A stretch of 64,000 bases of DNA from positions 172,850 to 236,849 of the forward strand of contig CALSQD010000002.1 of the NCBI GenBank assembly GCA_943788405.1, given 5' to 3'. The translations under genes and the position numbers were made by a program. This DNA comes from an uncultured Flavobacteriales bacterium (lineage in GTDB: Bacteria; Bacteroidota; Bacteroidia; Flavobacteriales; BACL11). The notes beneath the pieces were generated by a model. The model was not told where the DNA came from. It saw only the letters and a program-made list of their open reading frames with translations, and searched no databases. Of the stretch, positions 39,560 to 49,617 are shown piece by piece. Positions within the stretch are counted from its first letter, which is position 1, and every line of letters begins with the position of its first letter.

Positions 39560-40485
39560 TGTCATTTAAACTTACCATTTTAGGGTGTAACTCAGCAGTC
39601 CCTACAGTAGAAAGATATCCAACCGCTCAATTGCTAAATGCAAATGAGCGGTTTTTTTTAATTGATTGCGGAGAAGGAACTCAAGTTCAGTTAAGAAAAT
39701 ATCAATTGAGTTTTCAAAGGATTAATCATATTTTTATTAGCCATTTACATGGAGATCATTATTTTGGTTTAATTGGTTTAATCAATAGTATGCATCTTTT
39801 AGGTAGAAATAAAGACTTGCATATTTATGCGCATCAAGAGTTAAAAGGAATTATTGATTTGCAATTAGCGGCTTCTAATACAGAATTAAATTACCCCTTA
39901 TTTTTTCATCCTATCCCTGAAAATAATGAACAAATTCTATTTGAAGATGAGGGAATAAATGTGCGTAATGTTTTGCTTAATCATACTCTTAAATGTTCAG
40001 GGTTTATTTTTGAGGAGAAAAAAAGTAAACGCAAGATTTCTAAAGAAAAAATAGAAAAACTAAATATTCCATATGAAAAATTTAATGGGATAAAAGAGGG
40101 TGCTGACTGGATTGATGAGAAGGGAAGAGTAGTGAGAAATGATGAAATTACAATTGCAAATAGCCCACCCCATTCTTATGCTTTTTGCACCGATACTTTG
40201 TATGATGAAGATTTAGTTGATAAAATTAAAGGGGTAGATTTATTATATCATGAAGCAACCTTTAAAAAAGAGTTATCCGAAAGAGCAAAAGAAACGGGCC
40301 ACTCTACAACTTTTGATGCAGCTACAATAGCAAGAAAAGCAGCTGTCAAAAACTTAGTCATTGGTCATTTTTCTCAAAGGTATAGGAATCTTGATGAGTT
40401 GCTTACTGAGACAAAAGACACCTTTGAGAATACTCATTTAGCAGAATCAGGTTTAGTGCTTGATTTTAATAAGCTATCTAGTTAA
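39559..40485 (+). CDS. rnz: ribonuclease Z
   Basis: 308 aa with the metallo-beta-lactamase motif SHLHGDH and an N-terminal LTILGCNSAVPT. Confidence 0.85.
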   Translation: MSFKLTILGCNSAVPTVERYPTAQLLNANERFFLIDCGEGTQVQLRKYQLSFQRINHIFISHLHGDHYFGLIGLINSMHLLGRNKDLHIYAHQELKGIIDLQLAASNTELNYPLFFHPIPENNEQILFEDEGINVRNVLLNHTLKCSGFIFEEKKSKRKISKEKIEKLNIPYEKFNGIKEGADWIDEKGRVVRNDEITIANSPPHSYAFCTDTLYDEDLVDKIKGVDLLYHEATFKKELSERAKETGHSTTFDAATIARKAAVKNLVIGHFSQRYRNLDELLTETKDTFENTHLAESGLVLDFNKLSS

Positions 40486-40495
40486 TTTATTTAGG

Positions 40496-40503
40496 TATAT
40501 TTG
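40496..40503 (+). promoter_or_regulatory. -7 promoter box TATATTTG upstream of the adhesin gene
   Basis: TAnnTTTG match 19 nt before the ATG. Confidence 0.4.
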
Positions 40504-40522
40504 CCCTTAAATTTTACAAATA

Positions 40523-43500
40523 ATGAAAAGAATATTCATATTAATTTTATTTTTCACGACTACTTTTAATCTTTTTTCTCAAATAAATTCTTCAACTGTT
40601 CAAGGTGTAGATTGTAATTTCACTACAGGATATGTTGCTTTGGATGCAACTATTACTTACCCTTCTACTGTCATTTGGGAATACAAAAGTAATGGTGTAT
40701 GGCTGAATGTTAGTGCTTTTTCTTTTGTAACAGTTAGTTCGTCAAATGACACTCTTTTTTCTACAGAGTGTGGTTTGTATAAAGTTTCGTTTTATTATGA
40801 TGACGGAGGGGTTCCGTCACAGGAAGTAGATTCATTTGGAATTTCCTGTCCCATAACTATTGGGCAAGGTCAAGAATCCATACTCTGTTTTGGGGACTCT
40901 TCAGGAACTTTAAAAAGGCCTGTATATGGTGGAGTAAAATTTGATCCTAATGGTAGTATTATTTTAAATGACACGCTTGATGGTGATGAGTATTATATGT
41001 ATTCTTGGTATTATGCTGATGATGCAGTAGGGACGAATAGTATTCTTTTACCGGATACAACTGAGAATTTATCAAATATACCTGCTGGGTGGTACAAGGC
41101 AGTGGTTACAGATGCAACTGGATGTACTGATTCTATAGATTATTCTGAGTTTAAAAACCCTCAACAGATAAGAGTAGATACACAAATAGTAGATCATAAT
41201 AAGTGTATAGGTGATGAAACCGCATCCATATTTTTAAGAATAAGAGGAGGAAAAAAATACAATATAAATAATAAGTATTTCTATTATTTAATACTCAATA
41301 CGGATACAATTTCATTTTCTGATTTAACTGGGAGTGCTCCAAATTTTAATCACCTTTCTAGTTCAAATAATATGCAGGATTTTTATCCTGATTCTATAGT
41401 GTTCAATAATTTAGCTGCAGGTAGTTATGTTTTATCAGTAGTTGATTCAAATAACTGTGAAATGCTAGATACAATAACAGTGCTGGAACCAGAATCCTAT
41501 ACAGTATATTCCTCAACAACTTATCCATTAATTTGTGCTTCTGATACGGTAGCATTTTTAATTGATAGCATTACAGGAGGAAACACAATGATTAATTATT
41601 ATTTCTTAGGTTTTGGAAATGACACCATAAATGTTCCTGCAGGTACATATGATATTTTTGTAAAGGATTTACAATTTGGCTGTCAAGATACTCTATCGGC
41701 TACTTGTATTGCACAATATGAAATTGAAGTTGAAAGTACAATTGAGCATGTATTGTGTTATGGTGATGCATCAGGAACAATAACTATTGATTCTATTTTT
41801 GGAGGAAATTCTCCTTTTACAGTTCAATGGGGTGGTGTTAATAATCAGGCGCTTAGCGCAGGAAATTATACTGCTTTTATTGCTGATAGTTTGGGTTGTA
41901 CCTTAATGCAAGATTTTACAGTTGAACAAGGAGAGCCATTTTCGGCTAATCCTATTTTTTACCCTCCTTCATGTAATGGTTTGTCTGATGGAAGTATAAA
42001 GATTAATGTAACAGGAGGAGTTGGCCCTTTAACTTACTACTGGCTAAATGGGTCAGGTAATCTGGATTCTCTATATGGTTTACCAGCAGGAACTTATTCT
42101 TTAGTTGTTTCTGATTCGCTTTCTTGTCTTGACACCTTATCTCTTACATTGAATGAACCTGAACAAATTGATTTTTTGTTTGCAAATTATGAAAACCCTT
42201 TATTGTGTAGAGGAGCAATTACAACTATTGATATTATTATATCAGGAGGGACTGGTCCTTTTTCAGTATTATGGAATGATGGAAATACAGATATTCAAAG
42301 AGTCCTGTCAGCAGGTATTTATTCTTGTGAGGTGTCAGACACCAATGAATGTACTACACCAAATACTCAAATTATAATTACAGAGCCAAATCCTTTTAGT
42401 ATTCAGAATGTTTCCTTTAATAATGCAACTTGTGATACAGGTGGAGATGCAGAGATTGTAACTGTTGGAGGGGTATTACCTATTCAATATGTATGGAGTA
42501 CAGGAGAAACTAGCCCAAGTATAAATTCTTTGTTGGGAGCTAATTATTGGGTTATTGCTATAGATTCTTGTGGAAATTCTGATACAGCTTATTTTAATTT
42601 AGTTCCCTTTGAATTAGTTACAGCTTTAATTTATGATAATATAACACATACTGGTGCTATAGAAGTTGACTATACTTCAACTGGAGGTCCTTTTTCTTAT
42701 GAGTGGGTTGACATTGTAAATAATGTAGTAAGTACTGATTCGATTACCTCAAATTTATGTGAAGGTACTTATTTTGTAACAACAACTGATAATACTTCTA
42801 ATTGTTCAGTAACGGATACTTTATTAGCAACTTATTATTTGCCAAATGGTATTGTTGATTTAAGTACAACTACTGTATTTTCTGATGCGGATTTATGGGG
42901 AAACTCTCCTTATTCTTATCTATGGGATAATGGTGAAATTTTTGCACATGCTAATATTTGCTCAGGACCACATTGGGTGGAGGTAACTGATAATTTGGGT
43001 TGTGTTGTAAGAGCAGATTTTGATATAGATCCTTTGCTAATTACCTTAGATCCTGCTGATTTAATTGTGGAGTGTAATTTAGAAAATTTAGATGTAGAAA
43101 TTACTGCTGATGCAACTGGAGGTACTTCTCCTTACACTTATTCTTGGTCAAATGGAAGTACAGAAAATTCAATTAATTTGAGCTTAAGTCCAGGGAATTA
43201 TAGTGTTACAGCAATGGATAATAATGGGTGTACTGAGGATACTACTTTTACAATTGCAACAATGAGTGCTGAATGTATTCCGAATGTATTTACGCCAAAT
43301 GGAGATAATATAAATGATACTTGGAGTTTAGAGGATACTTTCTTATATAACGATTCTGAAGTAAGGGTGTACGGTAGATATGGTAAGTTACTTTTTCAAT
43401 CAGTTGGTTATTCAACTCCTTGGGATGGTAAAAATGAAAAAGGAAATGATGTTCCTGATGGTGCTTATTTTTATTCTATTGAGATTGGACATGAGTTTGA

Positions 43501-43534
43501 TGCCATAAAAGGAAGTGTAACTATACTCCGATAA
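40523..43534 (+). CDS. large repetitive cell-surface protein (SprB-repeat-like) with type B T9SS / gliding-motility C-terminal domain
   Basis: 1003 aa. Repeated ~75-aa Cys/Gly modules (C.G..(D/T)G.I...V.GG..P..Y.W) and the C-terminal CIPNVFTPNGDNINDTWSL...DGAYFYSI motif of type B CTDs. Confidence 0.8.
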   Translation: MKRIFILILFFTTTFNLFSQINSSTVQGVDCNFTTGYVALDATITYPSTVIWEYKSNGVWLNVSAFSFVTVSSSNDTLFSTECGLYKVSFYYDDGGVPSQEVDSFGISCPITIGQGQESILCFGDSSGTLKRPVYGGVKFDPNGSIILNDTLDGDEYYMYSWYYADDAVGTNSILLPDTTENLSNIPAGWYKAVVTDATGCTDSIDYSEFKNPQQIRVDTQIVDHNKCIGDETASIFLRIRGGKKYNINNKYFYYLILNTDTISFSDLTGSAPNFNHLSSSNNMQDFYPDSIVFNNLAAGSYVLSVVDSNNCEMLDTITVLEPESYTVYSSTTYPLICASDTVAFLIDSITGGNTMINYYFLGFGNDTINVPAGTYDIFVKDLQFGCQDTLSATCIAQYEIEVESTIEHVLCYGDASGTITIDSIFGGNSPFTVQWGGVNNQALSAGNYTAFIADSLGCTLMQDFTVEQGEPFSANPIFYPPSCNGLSDGSIKINVTGGVGPLTYYWLNGSGNLDSLYGLPAGTYSLVVSDSLSCLDTLSLTLNEPEQIDFLFANYENPLLCRGAITTIDIIISGGTGPFSVLWNDGNTDIQRVLSAGIYSCEVSDTNECTTPNTQIIITEPNPFSIQNVSFNNATCDTGGDAEIVTVGGVLPIQYVWSTGETSPSINSLLGANYWVIAIDSCGNSDTAYFNLVPFELVTALIYDNITHTGAIEVDYTSTGGPFSYEWVDIVNNVVSTDSITSNLCEGTYFVTTTDNTSNCSVTDTLLATYYLPNGIVDLSTTTVFSDADLWGNSPYSYLWDNGEIFAHANICSGPHWVEVTDNLGCVVRADFDIDPLLITLDPADLIVECNLENLDVEITADATGGTSPYTYSWSNGSTENSINLSLSPGNYSVTAMDNNGCTEDTTFTIATMSAECIPNVFTPNGDNINDTWSLEDTFLYNDSEVRVYGRYGKLLFQSVGYSTPWDGKNEKGNDVPDGAYFYSIEIGHEFDAIKGSVTILR

Positions 43535-44423
43535 ATCTTTTTATTTCATCTAATTGATTCGGTTCAAACCATTTTGTGTTTTCATCTTTCCTGAACCAAG
43601 TAAGTTGGCGTTTTGCAAACCTTCTAGTATTTTGCTTTATATTTTCTACAGCTTTTTCAAGTGAACATTCGTTATTATAAAAAGCAAATATTTCTTTGTA
43701 TCCAACAGTTTGTAACGCGTTTTTTTCCTGAAAAGGAATAAGTAATTCTACTTCTTCAAGCAAACCATTTTCAAGCATTTTATCTACTCGTGTATTTATT
43801 CTTTCATAAAGTAATGCTCTATCAATTGTTAATCCTATTTTAATGATTTCAAATGGACGCACTTTTGCAGTATCTGATTTGAAAGAGGAAAACTTTTCTC
43901 CTGTTGCTTTATGTATTTCTAAAGCTCGCAATAATCTCTGAGGATTTTTAGTGTCACAACTTTCAAAGAATACTGGATCTATTTCTTTAACTTTTTCTTG
44001 TAGCCAAATTATTCCTTTTTTGTGAAATTCATCATTAAGTGCTGTTCTGATATGAGTGGGAATCTTAGGCATTTTATCAAATCCTTTGCAAATTGCATTG
44101 ACATATAAGCCTGAACCTCCAACTATTACAACAGTATCTTTTTTTTGGTGTAGTTCTTCAATTTTTGCAATAGCATCCAATTCGAAAGCTCCAGCATTAT
44201 AATCTTCTTTTACAGATAAATGTTGTATAAAATGATGTTTCACTTGTGATAACTCTTGCTCGCTTGGAGGTGCAGCTCCAACTAATAATTCTTTATAGAA
44301 TTGCCTTGAATCACATGATATAATTTCAGTATTTAGAAGTTGAGCAATTTTTATACTTAGTGCAGTTTTTCCAATAGCAGTAGGGCCAACAATAATGATA
44401 ACTTTTTTAGTATTCTTCTTCAT
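43521..44423 (-). CDS. miaA: tRNA dimethylallyltransferase
   Basis: P-loop IIIVGPTAIGKTALS and RQLTWFRK. Start placed at ATG 44423 (MKKNTKKVIII...) rather than the longer track ORF. Confidence 0.9.
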   Translation of the reverse strand: MKKNTKKVIIIVGPTAIGKTALSIKIAQLLNTEIISCDSRQFYKELLVGAAPPSEQELSQVKHHFIQHLSVKEDYNAGAFELDAIAKIEELHQKKDTVVIVGGSGLYVNAICKGFDKMPKIPTHIRTALNDEFHKKGIIWLQEKVKEIDPVFFESCDTKNPQRLLRALEIHKATGEKFSSFKSDTAKVRPFEIIKIGLTIDRALLYERINTRVDKMLENGLLEEVELLIPFQEKNALQTVGYKEIFAFYNNECSLEKAVENIKQNTRRFAKRQLTWFRKDENTKWFEPNQLDEIKRFIGV

Positions 44424-44898
44424 ACTCATTAAATTCATCAAAATCGTCAAAGGCATCTTCAAATGGATCAAATTCTTTTTCTGCCTTAAAAGAAATTTCA
44501 GGAGCATCTTTTGGCATTTTACCTATTGATTTAATGCAATTAGCTGCTGTAATTTCCTCTTCATTAGTTTCAGTTAATGTAATTAAGAATCTCCACATTT
44601 TCATAAAATCATATACATAAAGTAGTTGAGCGCCTTCATTGGTAAGTATAGAAGAAAGAATTACTTCATTCATTCCAAGCATAGGATTTTCTTTATCATC
44701 TACAGCAAAAAGAGGGATTTCTTGCAAAAGTTCAAAATCTTCATTAGTCATATAAAATGAAGCCAATTCATTCTTATCTAATTCAAAAGCAGCAATTATT
44801 GCTAAATGTAAATTTTCCAAATTACTTGTTGAAGCAATTTCAATGTCACGAATTACATCTTCTTTATATTCTAAATGGACTTGTATTGTACTTTTCAT
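44407..44898 (-). CDS. pRiA4b ORF-3-like family protein (conserved hypothetical)
   Basis: 163 aa with VIRDIEIASTSNLENLHLAIIAAFELDKNELASFY...LLYVYDFMKMWRFLITL, which resembles that family as I recall it. Has an acidic C-terminus. Confidence 0.5.
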   Translation of the reverse strand: MKSTIQVHLEYKEDVIRDIEIASTSNLENLHLAIIAAFELDKNELASFYMTNEDFELLQEIPLFAVDDKENPMLGMNEVILSSILTNEGAQLLYVYDFMKMWRFLITLTETNEEEITAANCIKSIGKMPKDAPEISFKAEKEFDPFEDAFDDFDEFNEYEEEY

Positions 44899-46316
44899 TT
44901 TACTGGGTGTAGGTTTAGTTCTTTTGCTTTTGAAATGATAAATACTAAAGCTTCTTTTTTGTCATTTTTAACAGTTCCATCAAGAATAGCTTCTTTTATT
45001 GAGTTTTTTAAAATTCCAATTTCTCTACCGGCTTCAAGGTTAAATAACTCCATTATTTCTTTCCCGTTAATTGGAGGTTGAAAATTTCTGACATGGTCTT
45101 TCTCTTCAATTTCTTTCAGTTTTTTTCGTACTAATTGAAAATTATTTAAGTATTTTTTTACCTTTTTTTTGTTTTTTGAAGTAATGTCAGCATCACAAAG
45201 TGTCATCAAGTCATCAATATCATCTCCTGCATCAAAAAGTAAACGCCTAACTGCTGAATCGGTAACTATATCTTGTGCAAGTACAATTGGTCGTAAATGA
45301 AGGGTAACAAGTTTCTTTACATACCTCATTTTTTCATTTAATGGTAATTTAAGTTTCCTGAAAATTTTAGGAACCATTTTTCCTCCAATAAATTCATGAG
45401 CATGAAAAGTCCATCCATGTCCTTTTTCATATTTTTTAGTTTGAGGCTTTGCAATGTCATGTAATATTGCTGCCCATCTTAACCAAAGGTTTCTAGTGTT
45501 TTTGCTTATATTGTCAAGCACCTCAAGTGTGTGATAAAAATTGTCCTTATGCCCGTGCTTTCCTATAAAATCAACTCCATGAAGCTGACACATTAATGGA
45601 AAAAATTGATGTAGTAATTGGGTGTCAAAAAGCAATTTAAAACCATCTGATGGTTTTTCTGTAAGAATGATTTTGTTTAACTCTTCAGTAATTCTTTCTT
45701 GTGAGATAATCGTTAATCGCTCAGCATTACGGTTTATTGATACTAATGATTTTTCTTCAATTGTAAAACCTAGTTGAGTTGCAAAACGAATTGCACGCAT
45801 CATTCTTAAGGGGTCATCACTATAAGTAATGTCAGGATTTAAAGGGGTTCTAATAACTTGATTTTTTAAATCTTCTTGCCCATTAAAAGGATCAATTAAT
45901 ATGCCATAATTTTCAGCATTTAACTGAATTGCCATTGCATTTATAGTAAAGTCTCTTCTGTTTTGATCATCTTCTAAAGTGCCGTTTTCTACTATAGGTT
46001 TCCGGCTGTCTGATCGGTAAGATTCCTTACGGGCGCCTACAAATTCATAATCCTCCCCTTTAAAATGAATCATAGCTGTTCCAAAGTTTTTAAAAACTTT
46101 AAGTGTTGCTTTTTCTCCTAGTTTATTTTTAACAGATTCTGCTAATTTCATTCCATTTCCAATGCAAACAAAATCAATATCTGTTTTTTCTTGTTTTCTG
46201 TTTAGCAAAAAGTCACGAACAAACCCTCCAACTACATAGGTTGGGTAGTTTAGCTCATCAGCAGCTAATTGTACAGTTTTGAAAATTGGGTTTTTTAAAG
46301 CAGAAGAATAATTCAC
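44895..46316 (-). CDS. CCA-adding tRNA nucleotidyltransferase / poly(A) polymerase family protein with HD domain
   Basis: 473 aa with GGFVRDFLL...DIDF (pol-beta nucleotidyltransferase) and the HD motif AAILHDIAKP. Confidence 0.85.
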   Translation of the reverse strand: MNYSSALKNPIFKTVQLAADELNYPTYVVGGFVRDFLLNRKQEKTDIDFVCIGNGMKLAESVKNKLGEKATLKVFKNFGTAMIHFKGEDYEFVGARKESYRSDSRKPIVENGTLEDDQNRRDFTINAMAIQLNAENYGILIDPFNGQEDLKNQVIRTPLNPDITYSDDPLRMMRAIRFATQLGFTIEEKSLVSINRNAERLTIISQERITEELNKIILTEKPSDGFKLLFDTQLLHQFFPLMCQLHGVDFIGKHGHKDNFYHTLEVLDNISKNTRNLWLRWAAILHDIAKPQTKKYEKGHGWTFHAHEFIGGKMVPKIFRKLKLPLNEKMRYVKKLVTLHLRPIVLAQDIVTDSAVRRLLFDAGDDIDDLMTLCDADITSKNKKKVKKYLNNFQLVRKKLKEIEEKDHVRNFQPPINGKEIMELFNLEAGREIGILKNSIKEAILDGTVKNDKKEALVFIISKAKELNLHPVK

Positions 46317-46858
46317 TATCTAATTTTTTTAATGCTTCCATCTTCATTTATCAATAGTATAGTTGAAGGGGTAGTCATCAATTCATTTTGGCGCAAATTT
46401 ACGATATAATCAACATTGTTTTTTATTTCTTCTGAAATTTCTGAAAATTGTTTTGGGGATATGTTACCACTAATATTTGCAGAGGTAGAAACAATAGCTT
46501 TTCCAAATAATTGAATGAGTTGTTGGCAAAAATCATCCTGTACAATACGAATTGCAGCAGAACCATTTGTAGCTAGTAATTTATTGCTGATACCTTTTGC
46601 GTTAGGGTAAATTACTGTAGTTGGTTTTGAGTTGATATCAAAATTAGGAATATTTCCTGTGCTATTTTTAAGTTGTTTCTCATCAGCAACTAAAGAAATA
46701 AGTGCTTTGCTATCTTCTCTTCTCTTTATTGCATAAATTTTAGCAATTGCATCAGAGTTTGTTGCATCACAACCTAAACCCCAGATAGTGTCAGTAGGGT
46801 AAAGGATTATTCCTCCAGCTTTTAATGTGTCTAATGCATTACTTATTTCTGTTTGCAT
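46316..46858 (-). CDS. tsaC: L-threonylcarbamoyladenylate synthase (TsaC/YrdC family)
   Basis: 180 aa with ILYPTDTIWGLGCDA and STSANISG. Confidence 0.85.
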   Translation of the reverse strand: MQTEISNALDTLKAGGIILYPTDTIWGLGCDATNSDAIAKIYAIKRREDSKALISLVADEKQLKNSTGNIPNFDINSKPTTVIYPNAKGISNKLLATNGSAAIRIVQDDFCQQLIQLFGKAIVSTSANISGNISPKQFSEISEEIKNNVDYIVNLRQNELMTTPSTILLINEDGSIKKIR

Positions 46859-47597
46859 CTCTATAGTCTTGTAAGTATTTATACCTCATTAATACTGCCT
46901 TTGCTTGATAAGCAGATATTATAAAACCTACATAGCCATCAAGTATCCCTAGTTGTAAAATATAATGCTTAAAAAATCTAACTGCTGGTTTTATTATTGT
47001 ATGAAAAGGGGTAATATTTTTCACCTTTTTATCATAATCTTTTGCTTGCCATTTTGCGTACCTTTCAATTTTTTTAAGTTAAGCCTCCTTGCTAATAAAT
47101 GTATTGTGTGTGAGTTTGTTTTTAAGAATTCCAATTTTACCTGAACTTATTATTTCAGCATGGACATGTTTGTTTTCATATTTACATTCATCTCTTTTGA
47201 ATAGGCGAATAACCTTATCGCCTTGCCATCCACTAAAACGCACTTTCTTCCCCATAAAATAATTCTGACGCTTTATCCAAAATCCGCTATATTCAGTATG
47301 GGAATTTATAATGTTATTTACTTCTATTTTTAATTCAGGAGTTACTCTTTCATCAGCATCTAAAAGTAAAATCCATTCGTATTTTGCTTGTGGTATAGCC
47401 CAGTTTTTTTGTGAAGCAGAATTTTCATATTCTCTTTGTAGAATTGTATCTGCTAATGGCTTTGCTAGTGCTATTGTATTATCAGTGCTAAAAGAATCAA
47501 CAACCATTATTTCATTAGCAAAGTTTAAAGATTTTATGGCATCAACAATATTGTGCTCCTCATTCCCTGTTGGTATGATTGCGGTAATCTTAGTCAT
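46839..47597 (-). pseudogene. family 2 glycosyltransferase interrupted by a single in-frame TAA (47079-47081)
   Basis: Two track ORFs (47079..47597 and 46839..47024) lie in the same frame. My translation across the gap reads ...THNTFISKEA*LKKIERYAKWQAKDYDKKVKNITPFH.... The N-terminal part has the GT2 motifs IIPTGNEE and LLLDADE. Confidence 0.7.
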
Positions 47598-48720
47598 CTT
47601 GTAAGCAATTATAAACTTCCATTAAATTATGAGCAATTTTATCATCAGTAAATTTTTGAGCATATTCAAAGCCTTTAGTAGCCATTTCTTCTTGTAGTTT
47701 AGGAGAGTTTTGAATTTCAAGAATAGCTTTTTTCATTTCATCTAGTGAAAGTGGATTAATGTATTTTGAGTTAGGACCACCAGCTTCAGAAAAGCAACCT
47801 CCTTTGCTAGTTATTATAGGTGTTTTTGAAAATAATGCTTCCAAAATTGGGATTCCAAATCCTTCAAAAATAGAAGGGTATATAAGTATTTGAGCTTCTC
47901 GGTAAATAGCCGCCATTTCTTCCAAGTTAAGATCCGATAAAAAGATAACTCTATCAGATAAATTATGTTCAGCAATAAAGCGTAAGCATTTTATTTTATA
48001 AGCTTTCCCATTGCCGATAACAACTAGCTTTTGTTCAGGGAGTTCTTTTAATGCTTTAAGAATAGTAAGTAGGTTCTTGCGTTCTTCAATGCTGCCAACA
48101 TTCAATAGGTATTTGCTAGGAAGATTATATTTATTCAGTATCTCTTGTTTTTTTTCTGCTGCAATTTCATTTTGAAAAATGTTATTACACCCTTGATAAA
48201 CTACTTCAATTTTTCCTTCTGGTATAAAAAAGAAATCTATAATATCTTGCTTAGTTTGTTGGCTTATTGCTATTATTTTATCAGCCCTATGGCAAGCTGA
48301 TTTGAATTTATGATAATAAATCCTTCTGTCAATTGCTCTGAATAAATGTGGGTAACGAATAAAAATTAAATCATGAATAGTAACAACTGTTTTGATATTT
48401 GTTTTCTCAATTCCTAAAGGTAGTTCATGGCTTAATCCGTGATAAATATCAATCTTATTGGTAAATAAATCACGAACTATACTTTTACTTCTCCAGTAGG
48501 GTTTTAAGGCTTTATTGATTAAGGATTGTGGAGTGCGAACAAAAGTGTTTTTGTTATCCTTTAAAAAAGACAAACGATTATTTTCTTTTTCCTTTGGCGT
48601 GTATAAAAAGTATTTGTTTTCCGTATAGAAATTTGCAAGCACACGAATAGTATCACGGGAATAGTTGCCTAGCCCTGTGTTGTTTAAAAACGCGCGTTTT
48701 GCATCAAATCCTATTCTCAT
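47590..48720 (-). CDS. family 4 (GT-B) glycosyltransferase
   Basis: 376 aa with the EGFGIPILEALFSKTPIITS (EX7E) motif. Confidence 0.8.
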   Translation of the reverse strand: MRIGFDAKRAFLNNTGLGNYSRDTIRVLANFYTENKYFLYTPKEKENNRLSFLKDNKNTFVRTPQSLINKALKPYWRSKSIVRDLFTNKIDIYHGLSHELPLGIEKTNIKTVVTIHDLIFIRYPHLFRAIDRRIYYHKFKSACHRADKIIAISQQTKQDIIDFFFIPEGKIEVVYQGCNNIFQNEIAAEKKQEILNKYNLPSKYLLNVGSIEERKNLLTILKALKELPEQKLVVIGNGKAYKIKCLRFIAEHNLSDRVIFLSDLNLEEMAAIYREAQILIYPSIFEGFGIPILEALFSKTPIITSKGGCFSEAGGPNSKYINPLSLDEMKKAILEIQNSPKLQEEMATKGFEYAQKFTDDKIAHNLMEVYNCLQDD

Positions 48721-49535
48721 TATACAGCTACATTATATTCTCTAAGCGCATCATTTAATGATGTCTTCTTATTTGTGCTTTCTTTTCGTTTACCAATAAT
48801 TAATGCGCAAGGTATACCATAATTTCCTGATGGAAACTCTTTATTATAAGTTCCAGGAATAACTACTGATCTGCTAGGAACAATTCCTTTATACTCAATA
48901 GGGGTATCTCCACTCACATCAATAATTTTGGTTGAGGCAGTAAGTACAACATTGGCTCCTAGTACGGCTTCTTTTTCAATTTTAACTCCTTCCACTACTA
49001 TGGAACGAGAGCCAATAAAAGCATCATCTTCAATAATAACTGGGGCAGCTTGTACAGGTTCCAAAACGCCACCAATTCCAACTCCTCCAGAAAGGTGTAC
49101 ATTTTTACCAATTTGAGCACAAGACCCTACTGTTGCCCAAGTGTCTACCATAGTGCCGCTATCTACAAAAGCACCAATATTTACATAGGAAGGCATCATA
49201 ATAACGCCAGGAGCTAAAAAGGCGCCATAACGAGCAACTGCATGAGGGACAACACGAACACCCAGCTCGGCATAACCACTTTTTAATCTCATTTTATCGT
49301 GAAATTCTAATGGGCCAATTTCAATGGTTTCCATCTTTTGAATAGGGAAGTAGAGGATGACTGCTTTTTTTACCCAGTCATTTACTTCCCAACCCTCATT
49401 AGTTGGCTCGGCAGTACGCAAACGACCCTTATCAATTTCTTCAATAATAGTACGGATGCAATCCTGAGTTGTGTTTTCTTTGAGTAACTCACGGTTTTTC
49501 CAAGCGGCTTCAATAATTTCTTTCCATTGTTTCAT
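48720..49535 (-). CDS. dapD: 2,3,4,5-tetrahydropyridine-2,6-dicarboxylate N-succinyltransferase
   Basis: 271 aa with an N-terminal helical domain (IIEEIDKGRLR) followed by hexapeptide repeats. Confidence 0.8.
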   Translation of the reverse strand: MKQWKEIIEAAWKNRELLKENTTQDCIRTIIEEIDKGRLRTAEPTNEGWEVNDWVKKAVILYFPIQKMETIEIGPLEFHDKMRLKSGYAELGVRVVPHAVARYGAFLAPGVIMMPSYVNIGAFVDSGTMVDTWATVGSCAQIGKNVHLSGGVGIGGVLEPVQAAPVIIEDDAFIGSRSIVVEGVKIEKEAVLGANVVLTASTKIIDVSGDTPIEYKGIVPSRSVVIPGTYNKEFPSGNYGIPCALIIGKRKESTNKKTSLNDALREYNVAV

Positions 49536-49617
49536 TGAGCAAAGATAAAAGATAGAACTTAGATAATAGTTGTTAGCCTTGAGAAAATTAGTATGTAAGT
49601 TTTTGGAAAAATAATTA

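Noticed and set aside
44407-44898. The pRiA4b ORF-3-like / IS-passenger-type family name suggested a plasmid or mobile-element remnant.
   Set aside because: The gene overlaps both neighbours (miaA and the CCA/HD enzyme) in a housekeeping gene chain. There are no repeats, integrase or transposase nearby, so the context argues for a conserved chromosomal gene.
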